NCBI GenBank assembly: GCA_038236005.1
Contig: JBBSTI010000002.1
Span: 1 to 58,676 of the forward strand
From: Mycobacteriales bacterium
Lineage (GTDB): Bacteria > Actinomycetota > Actinomycetes > Mycobacteriales > SCTD01
Direction of reading: 5' to 3'
Length of the DNA stretch: 58,676 bases
Shown here: positions 18,484 to 27,165 of the stretch, one piece after another
Position numbering within the stretch: position 1 is the stretch's first letter
Layout: every line of letters starts with the position of its first letter
The notes under the pieces: model-generated
Told to the model about the DNA's origin: nothing
The model's database searches: none
The model's input: the letters and a program-made list of their open reading frames with translations, nothing else
Translations under genes and position numbers: made by a program

Positions 18484-18509
18484 GGAATCGAGCCCCGACC
18501 CGGCCTGTT
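18484..18509 (+). promoter_or_regulatory. SigH/SigR consensus promoter GGAAT-N18-GTT upstream of sigH
   Basis: GGAAT at 18484-18488, exactly 18 nt, then GTT at 18507-18509. This is the published SigR/SigH consensus. Confidence 0.6.
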
Positions 18510-18689
18510 GGCACAGGTGTGACCAGGAGCCCACGGCGTATGCCGACCCGCCCCCCCGAGCGTCCTGCCCAGGTGCGTCGCAGAGCGCCTTCGGCGGTCG
18601 CGACGATAGGATCAACCTCGTCGGACACCGGCCCCGGTGGTCCGCTCGGCGGCGCTGTCTCGACGGTGCCCTTCGGACGAGGAGAGACT

Positions 18690-19313
18690 GTGAGCCTCGA
18701 CTCCCCGCCGGCTGGGCAGGAACAGACGCCTGAGGAGACTCCCGTGGAGCGCTCCGCGAGGTTCGAGCGCGACGCGCTCCCGTTCCTGGACCAGCTCTAT
18801 GCGGCGGCTCTGAGGATGACCCGCAACCCGGCCGACGCCGAGGACCTGGTCCAGGAGACGTTCGTCAAGGCGTTCGCGGCCTTCCACCAGTTCCGTGAGG
18901 GCACCAACCTCAAGGCCTGGCTTTACCGGATCCTGACGAACACCTTCATCAACACCTACCGCAAGAAGCAGCGTCAGCCGCTCCAGTCGCCCACCGACGA
19001 GATCACCGACTGGCAGCTGGCCGCCGCCGAGGGGCACACCTCCAGCGGCCTGAAGAGCGCAGAGACCGAGGCGCTCGAGCACCTGCCCGACAGCGACGTG
19101 AAGCAGGCCCTGCAGGATCTGCCCGAGGACTTCCGGATGGCCGTCTACCTCGCTGACGTCGAGGGGTTCGCCTACAAGGAGATCGCGGAGATCATGGGCA
19201 CCCCGATCGGCACCGTGATGAGTCGGCTGCACCGGGGCCGGCGCGGCCTGCGGGAGAAGCTGGGGGCGTACGCCAAGGACCGGGGGCTCGTCAAGGCCGG
19301 CGAGCAGTCGTGA
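18690..19313 (+). CDS. sigH: ECF sigma factor, SigH/SigR type
   Basis: Region 2 ([14 protein letters not shown]) and region 4 ([23 protein letters not shown]) are present. RBS GGAGAG lies before the GTG at 18690. A ZAS anti-sigma gene follows. Confidence 0.9.
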   Translation: MSLDSPPAGQEQTPEETPVERSARFERDALPFLDQLYAAALRMTRNPADAEDLVQETFVKAFAAFHQFREGTNLKAWLYRILTNTFINTYRKKQRQPLQSPTDEITDWQLAAAEGHTSSGLKSAETEALEHLPDSDVKQALQDLPEDFRMAVYLADVEGFAYKEIAEIMGTPIGTVMSRLHRGRRGLREKLGAYAKDRGLVKAGEQS

Positions 19314-19594
19314 GCTGCGGCAACCCGCACGGCACGCCCTGCAGCGAGGTGATCGAGCAGGTCTACCTCTATCTCGACGCCGAGCAGGACGACATCGACC
19401 GCAACCTGGTGCGCATCCACCTCGACGAATGCGCCCCGTGCCTGCGGCAGTACGGCTTGGAGCAGGCGGTCAAGGCGCTGGTGGCGCGGTGCTGCGGCGG
19501 TGACCCGGCGCCCGAGGAGCTGCGCTCGCGGGTGCTGGTGCGGCTGCGTGAGGTGCGGATCGATCTTGAGCACGTGGAGTACCGCGCCGACTGA
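19310..19594 (+). CDS. rshA: Zinc-associated anti-sigma factor (RshA/RsrA type)
   Basis: HLDECAPC (HxxxCxxC) motif. Its GTG overlaps the sigH stop (GTGA). Confidence 0.85.
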   Translation: MSCGNPHGTPCSEVIEQVYLYLDAEQDDIDRNLVRIHLDECAPCLRQYGLEQAVKALVARCCGGDPAPEELRSRVLVRLREVRIDLEHVEYRAD

Positions 19595-19618
19595 CCAGAC
19601 CTGTCGCCGCACCCCCGT

Positions 19619-19624
19619 TATCCT
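19619..19624 (+). promoter_or_regulatory. -10-like TATCCT box 7 nt upstream of the galE ATG (leaderless-type)
   Basis: The sequence reads TATCCT-cgtggcc-ATG. Confidence 0.35.
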
Positions 19625-19631
19625 CGTGGCC

Positions 19632-20594
19632 ATGACATGGCTGGTGACGGGCGGGGCGGGCTATATCGGGGCGCACGTGGTGCGGGCGTTGGTCGAGGAC
19701 GGGGAGCGCGTCGTCGCGCTGGACGACCTCTCGACCGGACGGGCCGACCGGGTGGACAGCCGGGCGACGTTCGTCCAGGGCACGCTCCTGGACCGGGCGC
19801 TGGTGGGGCAGGTGCTCACCGAGCACGACGTCACCGGCGTGGTGCACATCGCGGCGAAGAAGCAGGTCGGGGAGTCGATGGCCGACCCGCTGCTCTACTA
19901 CCGGGAGAACGTCGAGGGCCTGGTGGCCCTGCTGGACGCCTGCCGTGCGCACGGCGTCGACCAGGTCGTGTTCTCCTCCAGCGCCGCGACCTACGGGCTG
20001 CCGGACGTCGACCTGGTCACCGAGGACACCCCGGGGGCGCCGCTGTCGCCCTACGGCGAGAGCAAGCTGGTCGGGGAGTGGCTGCTCCGGGACTGCGAGC
20101 GGGCGTTCGGCATGCGAGCGATGTGCCTGCGCTACTTCAACGTGGCCGGCGCGGCGACCCCCGAGCTCGGTGACCCCGGGGTATTCAACCTGGTGCCGCT
20201 GGTCTTCCAGGCGCTCGCCGACGGTGTGCGACCGACCGTGTTCGGGACGGACTACGCGACGCCGGACGGCACCTGCGTGCGCGACTACGTCCACGTCGAA
20301 GACATCGCGGACGCGCACCTGCTGGCGGCCCGCGCGCTCGCTGCCGGAGCCCCCGGCGCCACCTACAACATCGGCCGCGGAGTGGGTTCCAGCGTGCTCG
20401 ACGTGCTCGGGGTGGTGGCAGGCGTCACCGGGCTGGACACCACGCACGAGGCGGCGCCCCGGCGGGCCGGCGACCCGGCGAAGGTGGTGGCCGCGGTCGA
20501 CGCGATCCACACCGGGCTCGGTTTCGCGGCGCAGCACGACCTGCGATCGATGGTGGCGTCGGCGTGGGCGGGCTGGCAGCTGAACCACCGCTGA
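19632..20594 (+). CDS. galE: UDP-glucose 4-epimerase
   Basis: VTGGAGYIGAH Rossmann motif and YGESK catalytic motif. Confidence 0.9.
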   Translation: MTWLVTGGAGYIGAHVVRALVEDGERVVALDDLSTGRADRVDSRATFVQGTLLDRALVGQVLTEHDVTGVVHIAAKKQVGESMADPLLYYRENVEGLVALLDACRAHGVDQVVFSSSAATYGLPDVDLVTEDTPGAPLSPYGESKLVGEWLLRDCERAFGMRAMCLRYFNVAGAATPELGDPGVFNLVPLVFQALADGVRPTVFGTDYATPDGTCVRDYVHVEDIADAHLLAARALAAGAPGATYNIGRGVGSSVLDVLGVVAGVTGLDTTHEAAPRRAGDPAKVVAAVDAIHTGLGFAAQHDLRSMVASAWAGWQLNHR

Positions 20595-20618
20595 GCCGCC
20601 CCTGCGTGGACCCGGAAC

Positions 20619-20653
20619 GCAGAAGGACCCCGGCGCTGCCGGGGTCCTTCTGC
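20619..20653. terminator. Bidirectional hairpin between convergent galE and bL37
   Basis: A perfect 15-bp stem pairs gcagaaggaccccgg with ccggggtccttctgc around the 5-nt loop cgctg. Confidence 0.8.
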
Positions 20654-20660
20654 ACTCACG

Positions 20661-20735
20661 TCAGGCGTTGGGACGCTTGCCGTGGTTGGCGGCGTTCTTC
20701 TTGCGCGCGCGGCGCTTGCGGCCTCGCTTGGCCAT
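20661..20735 (-). CDS. 50S ribosomal protein bL37 (24 aa)
   Basis: MAKRGRKRRARKKNAANHGKRPNA closely resembles the mycobacterial bL37 peptide, including the ANHGKRPNA tail. It has its own RBS GAGAGGGGG 5 nt upstream. Confidence 0.8.
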   Translation of the reverse strand: MAKRGRKRRARKKNAANHGKRPNA

Positions 20736-21296
20736 GACGGCCCCCTCTCGGTCGGTCCTCAAGACTGGCACACTCCGACCCGGGCCCGACAGCATCCCGA
20801 GCACCACGAGCTGGCCGGCGCCGGCGACCAGGAGCACGTCGCCGATGCTCACCACCTCCGGGCGGACCGGCAGAGCGACCGGGAGCACGTCTCCCAGCAC
20901 GGGCAGGCGGGTCTGCGACGTCATCTGCTGGTGCCGGGGGTGCTCCGGTCCCGCGATCACCGCCAGGTCGAGCCCGAGGCGCTCGGCCGCGGCCGCACGG
21001 ACCGGCATCGCTCCGTTCACGCCGACCACCAGGGCGTTGCTCGCGAGCCCCAGCGCGATCAAGGCTGTGCCACGCCGGCGGTTGCTCGCCAAGAACGCTG
21101 CGGCCAGCAGCGCCGAGACCGCGAGGCCGATCCGGTAGGCGGCTCCTCCGAGGGCAGCACCGAGCACCTGTGCGGCCACCGCCAGGAGCACGAGCAGGGC
21201 CCCGGTCAGAGGTAGGGCGCCGAGCCGGGCCAGCGAGCCCCCGAGCGCCCGGCCGAGGATCAGGGCCAGGACCAGGACGACCAGGAGCAACGACAC
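20661..21296 (-). CDS. DUF5317-like polytopic membrane protein whose frame runs without a stop into the bL37 ORF
   Basis: The GTG at 21296 opens a hydrophobic protein (VSLLLVVLVLALILG..). The same frame continues through ..REGAV-MAKRGRK.. to the stop at 20661. Confidence 0.5.
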   Translation of the reverse strand: MSLLLVVLVLALILGRALGGSLARLGALPLTGALLVLLAVAAQVLGAALGGAAYRIGLAVSALLAAAFLASNRRRGTALIALGLASNALVVGVNGAMPVRAAAAERLGLDLAVIAGPEHPRHQQMTSQTRLPVLGDVLPVALPVRPEVVSIGDVLLVAGAGQLVVLGMLSGPGRSVPVLRTDREGAVMAKRGRKRRARKKNAANHGKRPNA

Positions 21297-21339
21297 GTCG
21301 ATAGTCTCCCGCGCACGGGCGTGCGGAGCGGAAGAACGG

Positions 21340-21714
21340 GTGGTCCTGGTGCTGCAGGTGGTTCTGGTGGCAGATCGTGGGCCGGCTGCGGCGCGCCTGC
21401 TCGAGGCGTACGCAGAGCTGGGCGTGAAGGCGGTCGGCCTCGGGTGCGCCGACGACCCTGATGCCGCGCACGTGCGCGCAGCGGACGAGGTGGTATTGCT
21501 GCGTGACGCTGCGGGATATGCCGACGTCGACCAGGTCGTGGAGGCCGCCCGCAGGTCACGCGCGCAGGCCGTCCACCCCGGTTCCGGGCCGTTGGCCGCC
21601 CGCTCGGCCCGGGCTCTGCTCGAGGAGGCGGGGCTCGTCGTGCTGGCCCCGCACCCACCGTACGACGCAGGACCTGCTCTGCTCGCGCAGCTGCGCGCGG
21701 GGCTGGAGCAATGA
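21340..21714 (+). CDS. Stand-alone biotin carboxylase N-terminal domain protein
   Basis: VLVADRGPAAARLLEAYAELGVKAVGL...HPGSGPLAARSARALLEEAGLVVLAP aligns with the Biotin_carb_N consensus. No ATP-grasp part follows. Confidence 0.6.
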   Translation: MVLVLQVVLVADRGPAAARLLEAYAELGVKAVGLGCADDPDAAHVRAADEVVLLRDAAGYADVDQVVEAARRSRAQAVHPGSGPLAARSARALLEEAGLVVLAPHPPYDAGPALLAQLRAGLEQ

Positions 21715-21768
21715 TGCCGCAGGACCGCTGACGGGATCGATCCAGCGCCGGGTCGTACGCTCGGCCCC

Positions 21769-23175
21769 ATGACCGAGGAGCGCCAGGACGGAACCGTCAG
21801 TCACGACCCCAAGACCCCGGAGCGGCTGCAGACGCTGATGTCGTCCGGGTGGGCTGAGCGGCCGGTGCTCGAGACGACCGAGGGCCGGGGTGCGGCGTTC
21901 CGGGTCGCTCGGCGACGGGCGCTGTCCGACCGCTTCCCGGGGGAGTGGCTGGTCATCCCCTCCGGCGGCTACAAGATGCGGGCCAATGACACCGAATATC
22001 GCTTTCGGCCTGGCACCGAGCTGACCTGGCTGGCCGGCGCGGCCGAGCCCGACGTGGTGCTGGTGATCGACCCGCAGGGCGAGGCGGTGCTCTACCAGGC
22101 ACCCACGATGGACCGCAGCACGCCCGCGTTCTTCACCAACCGGATGTATGGCGAGCTGTGGGTCGGGCCGCGACCGTCCCTCGCGGTGACGGCGACCGAG
22201 CTCGGGCTGACGGTCCGGCCGTTGGAGCACCTCGAGGAGCTGAAGGGCACCGACGTGCGGCTGGTCCGTGGCTACGACCCACGCGTCGAAGAGATGTTCG
22301 TCAGCGAGCCCCAGGCCGACGGGGAGCTGATCGAGGCGCTGTCGGAGCTGCGTCTGGTCAAGGACGCCTACGAGGTCGAGCAGCTGCAGGAGGCGGTCGA
22401 CGCGACGGTGCGCGGCTTCGAGGACGTCGTGCGCGGCTTGGGCGAGGCCCGTCGGACGTCCGAGCGTCATCTGGAGGGGGTGTTCGGGCTCCGCGCCCGG
22501 GTCGAGGGCCACGACGTCGGCTACGGCTCGATCTGCGCGGCCGGGGCGCACGCCTGCACGCTGCACTGGACAGACAACGACGGGCCGGTGACCGACGGCG
22601 ACATGGTGCTGCTCGACATGGGCGTGGAGGGCCGCGAGCTCTACACCGCCGACGTCACCCGCACGCTGCCGGTCAACGGCGCCTTCACACCACGTCAACG
22701 GCAGGTGTATGACCTGGTGCACGCCTCCCAGGAGGCCGCCTTTGCGGCGTGCCGACCCGGCGCCGACTTCCTGGCCCCGCACCAGGCCGCGATGGCCGTG
22801 CTGGCGCACGGCCTGGTCGAGCTGGGGATCCTCGAGGACGCCGAGGCGGCGCTGGCTGAGGACGACCAGTCCTACCGTCGGTGGACGCTGCACGGGGTCA
22901 GTCACATGCTCGGGCTCGACGTCCACGACTGTGCGCACGCCCGGGAGGAGCACTACCGCAAGGGTCCTCTGGCGGTGGGTCACGTCCTGACCCTGGAGCC
23001 AGGGCTCTACTTCCAGCCCGATGACCTGCTCGTGCCCGAGGATCTCCGCGGCATCGGGGTCCGGATCGAGGACGACGTCCTGGTCACCGAGGAGGGCTGT
23101 CGCAACCTGAGCCACGCTCTGCCGCGTGACAGCGCCGCCGTCGAGGCTTGGATGGCCGCTCTGCTGGAGACGTAG
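21769..23175 (+). CDS. pepP: Xaa-Pro aminopeptidase (M24B, aminopeptidase P)
   Basis: M24 metal-ligand motifs (VLLDMGVE, HGVSHMLGLDVHD, GIGVRIEDDV). Confidence 0.85.
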   Translation: MTEERQDGTVSHDPKTPERLQTLMSSGWAERPVLETTEGRGAAFRVARRRALSDRFPGEWLVIPSGGYKMRANDTEYRFRPGTELTWLAGAAEPDVVLVIDPQGEAVLYQAPTMDRSTPAFFTNRMYGELWVGPRPSLAVTATELGLTVRPLEHLEELKGTDVRLVRGYDPRVEEMFVSEPQADGELIEALSELRLVKDAYEVEQLQEAVDATVRGFEDVVRGLGEARRTSERHLEGVFGLRARVEGHDVGYGSICAAGAHACTLHWTDNDGPVTDGDMVLLDMGVEGRELYTADVTRTLPVNGAFTPRQRQVYDLVHASQEAAFAACRPGADFLAPHQAAMAVLAHGLVELGILEDAEAALAEDDQSYRRWTLHGVSHMLGLDVHDCAHAREEHYRKGPLAVGHVLTLEPGLYFQPDDLLVPEDLRGIGVRIEDDVLVTEEGCRNLSHALPRDSAAVEAWMAALLET

Positions 23176-23234
23176 CGCCCGTCGGCCCGATGCACGGCGT
23201 AAAGGCCGGCGGCAACGGGACCGATGAGGGGTGT

Positions 23235-24317
23235 GTGACGACGACCTCGATCGAGCCTTTCCTGCGCGCGCTGGTGGACTGCGGCGGCTCGGACCTGCAC
23301 TGCAAGGTGGGTTCGCCCCCGCGCGTGCGGATCGACGGCAAGCTGCGCAAGCTGCAGACCCGTGACCTGACGCCCGAGGACACCGAGCACATGGTGAGCG
23401 AGGTGCTGCGTGAGGATCTCCGCGAGGAGTTCCACCGCACCAACGAGGCCGACTTCGCCTACTCGATCTCGGGCGTCGGCCGGTTCCGGGTCAACGCGTT
23501 CCGCTCGCGCGGCTCGGCCGGGCTGGTGTTTCGTCGGGTGAGCGTCGGGGCGATCCCGCTGCTCGACCTGGGTCTGCCCCCGGTCCTTGCCTCGCTCGCC
23601 ATGGAACCGCGCGGGCTGGTGCTGGTGACCGGTCCCACCGGGTCCGGCAAGACCACGACGCTCGCCGGGATGATCGACCACATCAACAGCAGCAAGGAGT
23701 GCCACGTCGTCACGGTGGAGGACCCGATCGAGGTGCTCCACTTCGACAAGCTGGCGATGGTCAACCAGCGCGAGGTGCGGGTCGACACCGAGGATTTCGT
23801 CACAGCGATGCGCGCCGCGATGCGTCAGGACCCGGACGTCATCCTGGTCGGGGAGATGCGCGACCACGAGACCGTGAAGGCTGCGCTGGCCGCCGCCGAG
23901 ACCGGTCACTTCGTCATGTCGACGCTGCACACCACCGACGCTGCCGAGACGATCAACCGCATCATCGACTTCTTCCCGCCGCACGAGCAGAAGCAGGTGC
24001 GGCTCGCGTTGGCCGCCTCGCTGCGCGGGATCATCTGTCAGCGTCTGGTCCCCCGGGCCGACGGCGAGGGCCGGTGCGTCGTGATGGAGATCGCCGTCGG
24101 CACCGGCCGGATCGCCGACGCGATCGCCGACCCCGACAAGACGTCCACGATCTCGCAGCTGATCGCCGAGGGGACCTATTACGGCATGCAGAGCTTCGAC
24201 CAGCACCTGGTCACGTTCCTGCGCGACGGCGTCGTGACGCTCGAGGACGCGATGGCGGCAGCGACCTCGCCCCACGACCTCACCGTCGAGCTGCGGCGCC
24301 TGGGCCTGGTCGCCTGA
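23235..24317 (+). CDS. pilT: PilT-type secretion/twitching ATPase
   Basis: Walker A GPTGSGKTTT, Walker B ILVGEMRD and His box GHFVMSTLHT. GTG at 23235 follows GAGGG. The ATG at 23190 is an alternative start. Confidence 0.85.
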   Translation: MTTTSIEPFLRALVDCGGSDLHCKVGSPPRVRIDGKLRKLQTRDLTPEDTEHMVSEVLREDLREEFHRTNEADFAYSISGVGRFRVNAFRSRGSAGLVFRRVSVGAIPLLDLGLPPVLASLAMEPRGLVLVTGPTGSGKTTTLAGMIDHINSSKECHVVTVEDPIEVLHFDKLAMVNQREVRVDTEDFVTAMRAAMRQDPDVILVGEMRDHETVKAALAAAETGHFVMSTLHTTDAAETINRIIDFFPPHEQKQVRLALAASLRGIICQRLVPRADGEGRCVVMEIAVGTGRIADAIADPDKTSTISQLIAEGTYYGMQSFDQHLVTFLRDGVVTLEDAMAAATSPHDLTVELRRLGLVA

Positions 24318-24371
24318 GCCCTGCCGCCTGGCCGAGGCGTGCCCCGTGCCTGCCCGGGCACAGGGCCTGGC

Positions 24372-24797
24372 ATGGCCCACTACGTCGCGACCGTCCCCTC
24401 GCCCCGCTCCTACGACGACGTGCGCGACTACATGACCGACTTTCGCTGCGTCGCCGACTGGGACCCGTCGATCGAGAGCTGCACGCTGACCGGCGGTGAC
24501 GACCCCCGCGCGGTCGGTGCCAGGTTCCACGTCGCCATGAAGAAGATGCAGCTGGACTACGTGCTTACCGAGGTGGCACCGGACCGCATCGTGCTGCGGG
24601 GGGAGAACAGCACCCTGGTCTCCTTCGACACCATCACCGTGAAGGCCGTCGGCAGCGGCAGCGAAGCGACGTACGACGCCGTGCTCGAGCTCAAGGGCTG
24701 GCGCAAGATCGGCGAGCCGCTGCTGCGCCTGTTGTTCGGACGGATCGGTGACAACGCCGCCGAAGGTCTGCGCACGCAGCTGTCGGGGCAGTCCTAG
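24372..24797 (+). CDS. SRPBCC (polyketide cyclase/START-like) family protein
   Basis: About 141 aa with the typical MAHYVATV.. start. The family call rests on overall pattern. Confidence 0.55.
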   Translation: MAHYVATVPSPRSYDDVRDYMTDFRCVADWDPSIESCTLTGGDDPRAVGARFHVAMKKMQLDYVLTEVAPDRIVLRGENSTLVSFDTITVKAVGSGSEATYDAVLELKGWRKIGEPLLRLLFGRIGDNAAEGLRTQLSGQS

Positions 24798-24828
24798 GGT
24801 CGAGCGCAACCGACCCTGAGGAGACCCT

Positions 24829-25611
24829 GTGCTGGACCTGGCTGGAACGAGCTCGATCGTCACCGGAGGGGCCAGCGGCCTCGGGGAAGCGAGCGTGCGG
24901 CTGCTGGCCGAGCGTGGCGCGCACGTCGTGGTCGTCGACCTCAACGACGACAAAGGACAGGCGGTCGCGGCTGAGGTCGGCGGCGAGTATGTCCGCGCCG
25001 ACGTCGCGGACCCTGACCAGGTGATCGAGGCGGTGCGCACCGCCGAGGGCCTCGGCCCGCTGCGCAGCCTGGTCTGCGCCGCCGGCATCGGCTGGGCGAC
25101 CCGCACCGTCGGCCGCGACGGCGAGTTCTCCAGCGCGCACGACCTCGACGTCTACAAGAAGGTGATCACGGTCAACCTGATCGGCACCTTCAACTGCGTC
25201 CGGCTCGCCGCGACGGCGATGGGGCGCACCCAGCCGGTCGACGAGGACGGCGCGCGGGGCGCGATCGTCACGCTCGCGTCGGTCGCGGCCTTCGACGGTC
25301 AGGTCGGCCAGGCGGCCTACAGCTCGAGCAAGGGCGGGATCGTCGGGATGACGTTGCCCGTGGCGCGTGACCTCGCTGCGATCGGCGTGCGGGTCAACTG
25401 CGTCGCGCCCGGACTGATCGACACGCCGATCTACGGCGAAGGCCCCGACAGCGAGGCCTTCAAGGACAAGCTCAAGCGCGACGTGCTGTTCCCCAAGCGG
25501 CTCGGCAAGGCCGACGAGCTGGCCTCGATGGTGATGGAGCTGCTGACCAACACCCACCTCAACGGCGAGACGGTGCGGGTGGACGGCGGGATCCGGATGC
25601 AGCCCAAATAG
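24829..25611 (+). CDS. SDR oxidoreductase, 3-hydroxyacyl-CoA dehydrogenase type-2-like
   Basis: TGGASGLG and YSSSKGG motifs. RBS GAGGAG lies before the GTG. Confidence 0.85.
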   Translation: MLDLAGTSSIVTGGASGLGEASVRLLAERGAHVVVVDLNDDKGQAVAAEVGGEYVRADVADPDQVIEAVRTAEGLGPLRSLVCAAGIGWATRTVGRDGEFSSAHDLDVYKKVITVNLIGTFNCVRLAATAMGRTQPVDEDGARGAIVTLASVAAFDGQVGQAAYSSSKGGIVGMTLPVARDLAAIGVRVNCVAPGLIDTPIYGEGPDSEAFKDKLKRDVLFPKRLGKADELASMVMELLTNTHLNGETVRVDGGIRMQPK

Positions 25612-25612
25612 C

Positions 25613-26299
25613 TCAGCTCGTCCCGCCCGTTGTGGTGCCGTGCTCCACGCACCGGGCCGACCAGCCGGTCGGGAACACCTGCACCACCCGGCGGCGACGG
25701 CACTGGGGGCAGTAGCGGGGCGGCTCCAGCTCGCGGGCCGCCCCGCACCGCTCGTGCCCGGTCAGCGTGAGCGTCTCGCCGCACGCGTCGCAGAACGGCA
25801 CGAGCGCCACCGCGTACGCGTACAGCTGCAGACCCGGCACGGGAGACCAGTCCAGCCACGGCGTCGCCTCGAAACCGGCCCGTAGGTAGATGCTGCGGGC
25901 GGCGTCCATCCCGGCCTGGGTGCACAGCCGCAGCACCCGGCAGCCGTCGGTCCGCGCCCGGTCCAGGCATGCGGCCACCAGGGCGGTCCCCGCGCCGCTG
26001 CCCCGCGCGGCGGGCGCCGTCGCGAGCATCCGCATCACCGCCTCGCCAGGGGAAGCCAGCTCGGCGAGCGGCCCCAGCCTGGTCGCCACGGTCACTGTCC
26101 CGAGCAGGATGTCGTCACCGTCGACCGCCACCAGCACGTCGGCGATGCGCGCCCGGCCGGCGGCGTCGCGCAGCTGCTCGGCGTACGCCTCGTCGCCCCA
26201 GCCGTCCCGCAGGTAGACCTCGGCGACCAACCGGCCTGCGGCGCTCAGCTCGTCGGGTCGGGCCGAGCGGACAGCGAGGCCGGAGATCGGGGTAGGCAC
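25613..26299 (-). CDS. GNAT N-acetyltransferase with a C-terminal Cys-rich zinc-ribbon
   Basis: [11 protein letters not shown] acetyl-CoA motif. The C-terminus carries CDAC..C..CPQC. Confidence 0.7.
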   Translation of the reverse strand: MPTPISGLAVRSARPDELSAAGRLVAEVYLRDGWGDEAYAEQLRDAAGRARIADVLVAVDGDDILLGTVTVATRLGPLAELASPGEAVMRMLATAPAARGSGAGTALVAACLDRARTDGCRVLRLCTQAGMDAARSIYLRAGFEATPWLDWSPVPGLQLYAYAVALVPFCDACGETLTLTGHERCGAARELEPPRYCPQCRRRRVVQVFPTGWSARCVEHGTTTGGTS

Positions 26300-26304
26300 C
26301 GGAC

Positions 26305-27165
26305 GTGTCTACCCCTTCGCCCGGTCTTCGGGCGTTGGCGAGAGACGTGGCGCACAGCATCCGCGGGCACGATCTGGTCCTCTACGCCGCCGGGATCACA
26401 TTCTTCGCGGCGATCGGTGCGATCCCGCTCCTGCTGCTCGCAGTGCGCCTGGCCGGCCTGGTCACCGGCGAGGGCACCCTGCTCCGGCTGTCGCAGGACC
26501 TCACCTCGCTGATCCCCGCCAACCTCGGGGCGCGACAGGCTGGCGAACGGCTGGCCGAGGTCGGCACCCGGCTCCCGTGGACGGGGGTGCTCGCGGCGGT
26601 GCTGCCCGGCAGCCTGTACGGCGAGGGGCTGGTGCGGGCCTTCGACCGGCTGTCGGTGCGCGGTGAGCGTGGTCGACGCTCGATCCGGGGGCGGCTCGGC
26701 TCCGCGGTGTTCATCGTGCTCAGCCCGTTCCTGCTGCTGGCCGCGATCCTGCTGGCCGATGCGCTCACCAACGCGCTCGGGGTCGGCAGGGCACCACGAA
26801 TGCTGGGGATCTACCTGGCGTTCCTGTTCCTCTGGCTGGCGGTGAGCCCGCTGCTCGCGCTCGCCTACCGGGCGTTGGCTCCGGAGCGACCGGGCACCCG
26901 AGCGGTCCTCTGGGGGGCGTACGGGACGGGCTCGCTGATCGCCGGGTTCATGCTGGGGTGGGTGCTGTTCCTGTCGATCCGGGTGCCGCTCGAGGCCGCG
27001 TTCGGGGGCTCGGTGCCGCTGGCCGCGGCCGCGGTCAGCATGGGTTGGCTGCTGCTTCTGCACGTGCTCATGCTGGTCGGGTACGTCACCACCCTGCGGC
27101 TGGACGCGCGGGGTGGGCACCCTCGCGGTGCGGTGGTCCGGGCGACCCGGGTGCGCAGGGCCTGA
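26305..27165 (+). CDS. YihY/BrkB-family membrane protein
   Basis: [22 protein letters not shown] is a typical YihY N-terminus. The protein is polytopic. Confidence 0.7.
   Translation: MSTPSPGLRALARDVAHSIRGHDLVLYAAGITFFAAIGAIPLLLLAVRLAGLVTGEGTLLRLSQDLTSLIPANLGARQAGERLAEVGTRLPWTGVLAAVLPGSLYGEGLVRAFDRLSVRGERGRRSIRGRLGSAVFIVLSPFLLLAAILLADALTNALGVGRAPRMLGIYLAFLFLWLAVSPLLALAYRALAPERPGTRAVLWGAYGTGSLIAGFMLGWVLFLSIRVPLEAAFGGSVPLAAAAVSMGWLLLLHVLMLVGYVTTLRLDARGGHPRGAVVRATRVRRA

Noticed and set aside
21556-25106. Minus-strand ORFs of 519 and 699 aa antisense to pepP, pilT, the SRPBCC gene and the SDR gene
   Set aside because: They have no recognisable domains and extreme Arg/Gly/Asp/His composition. 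The opposite strand carries motif-rich genes.
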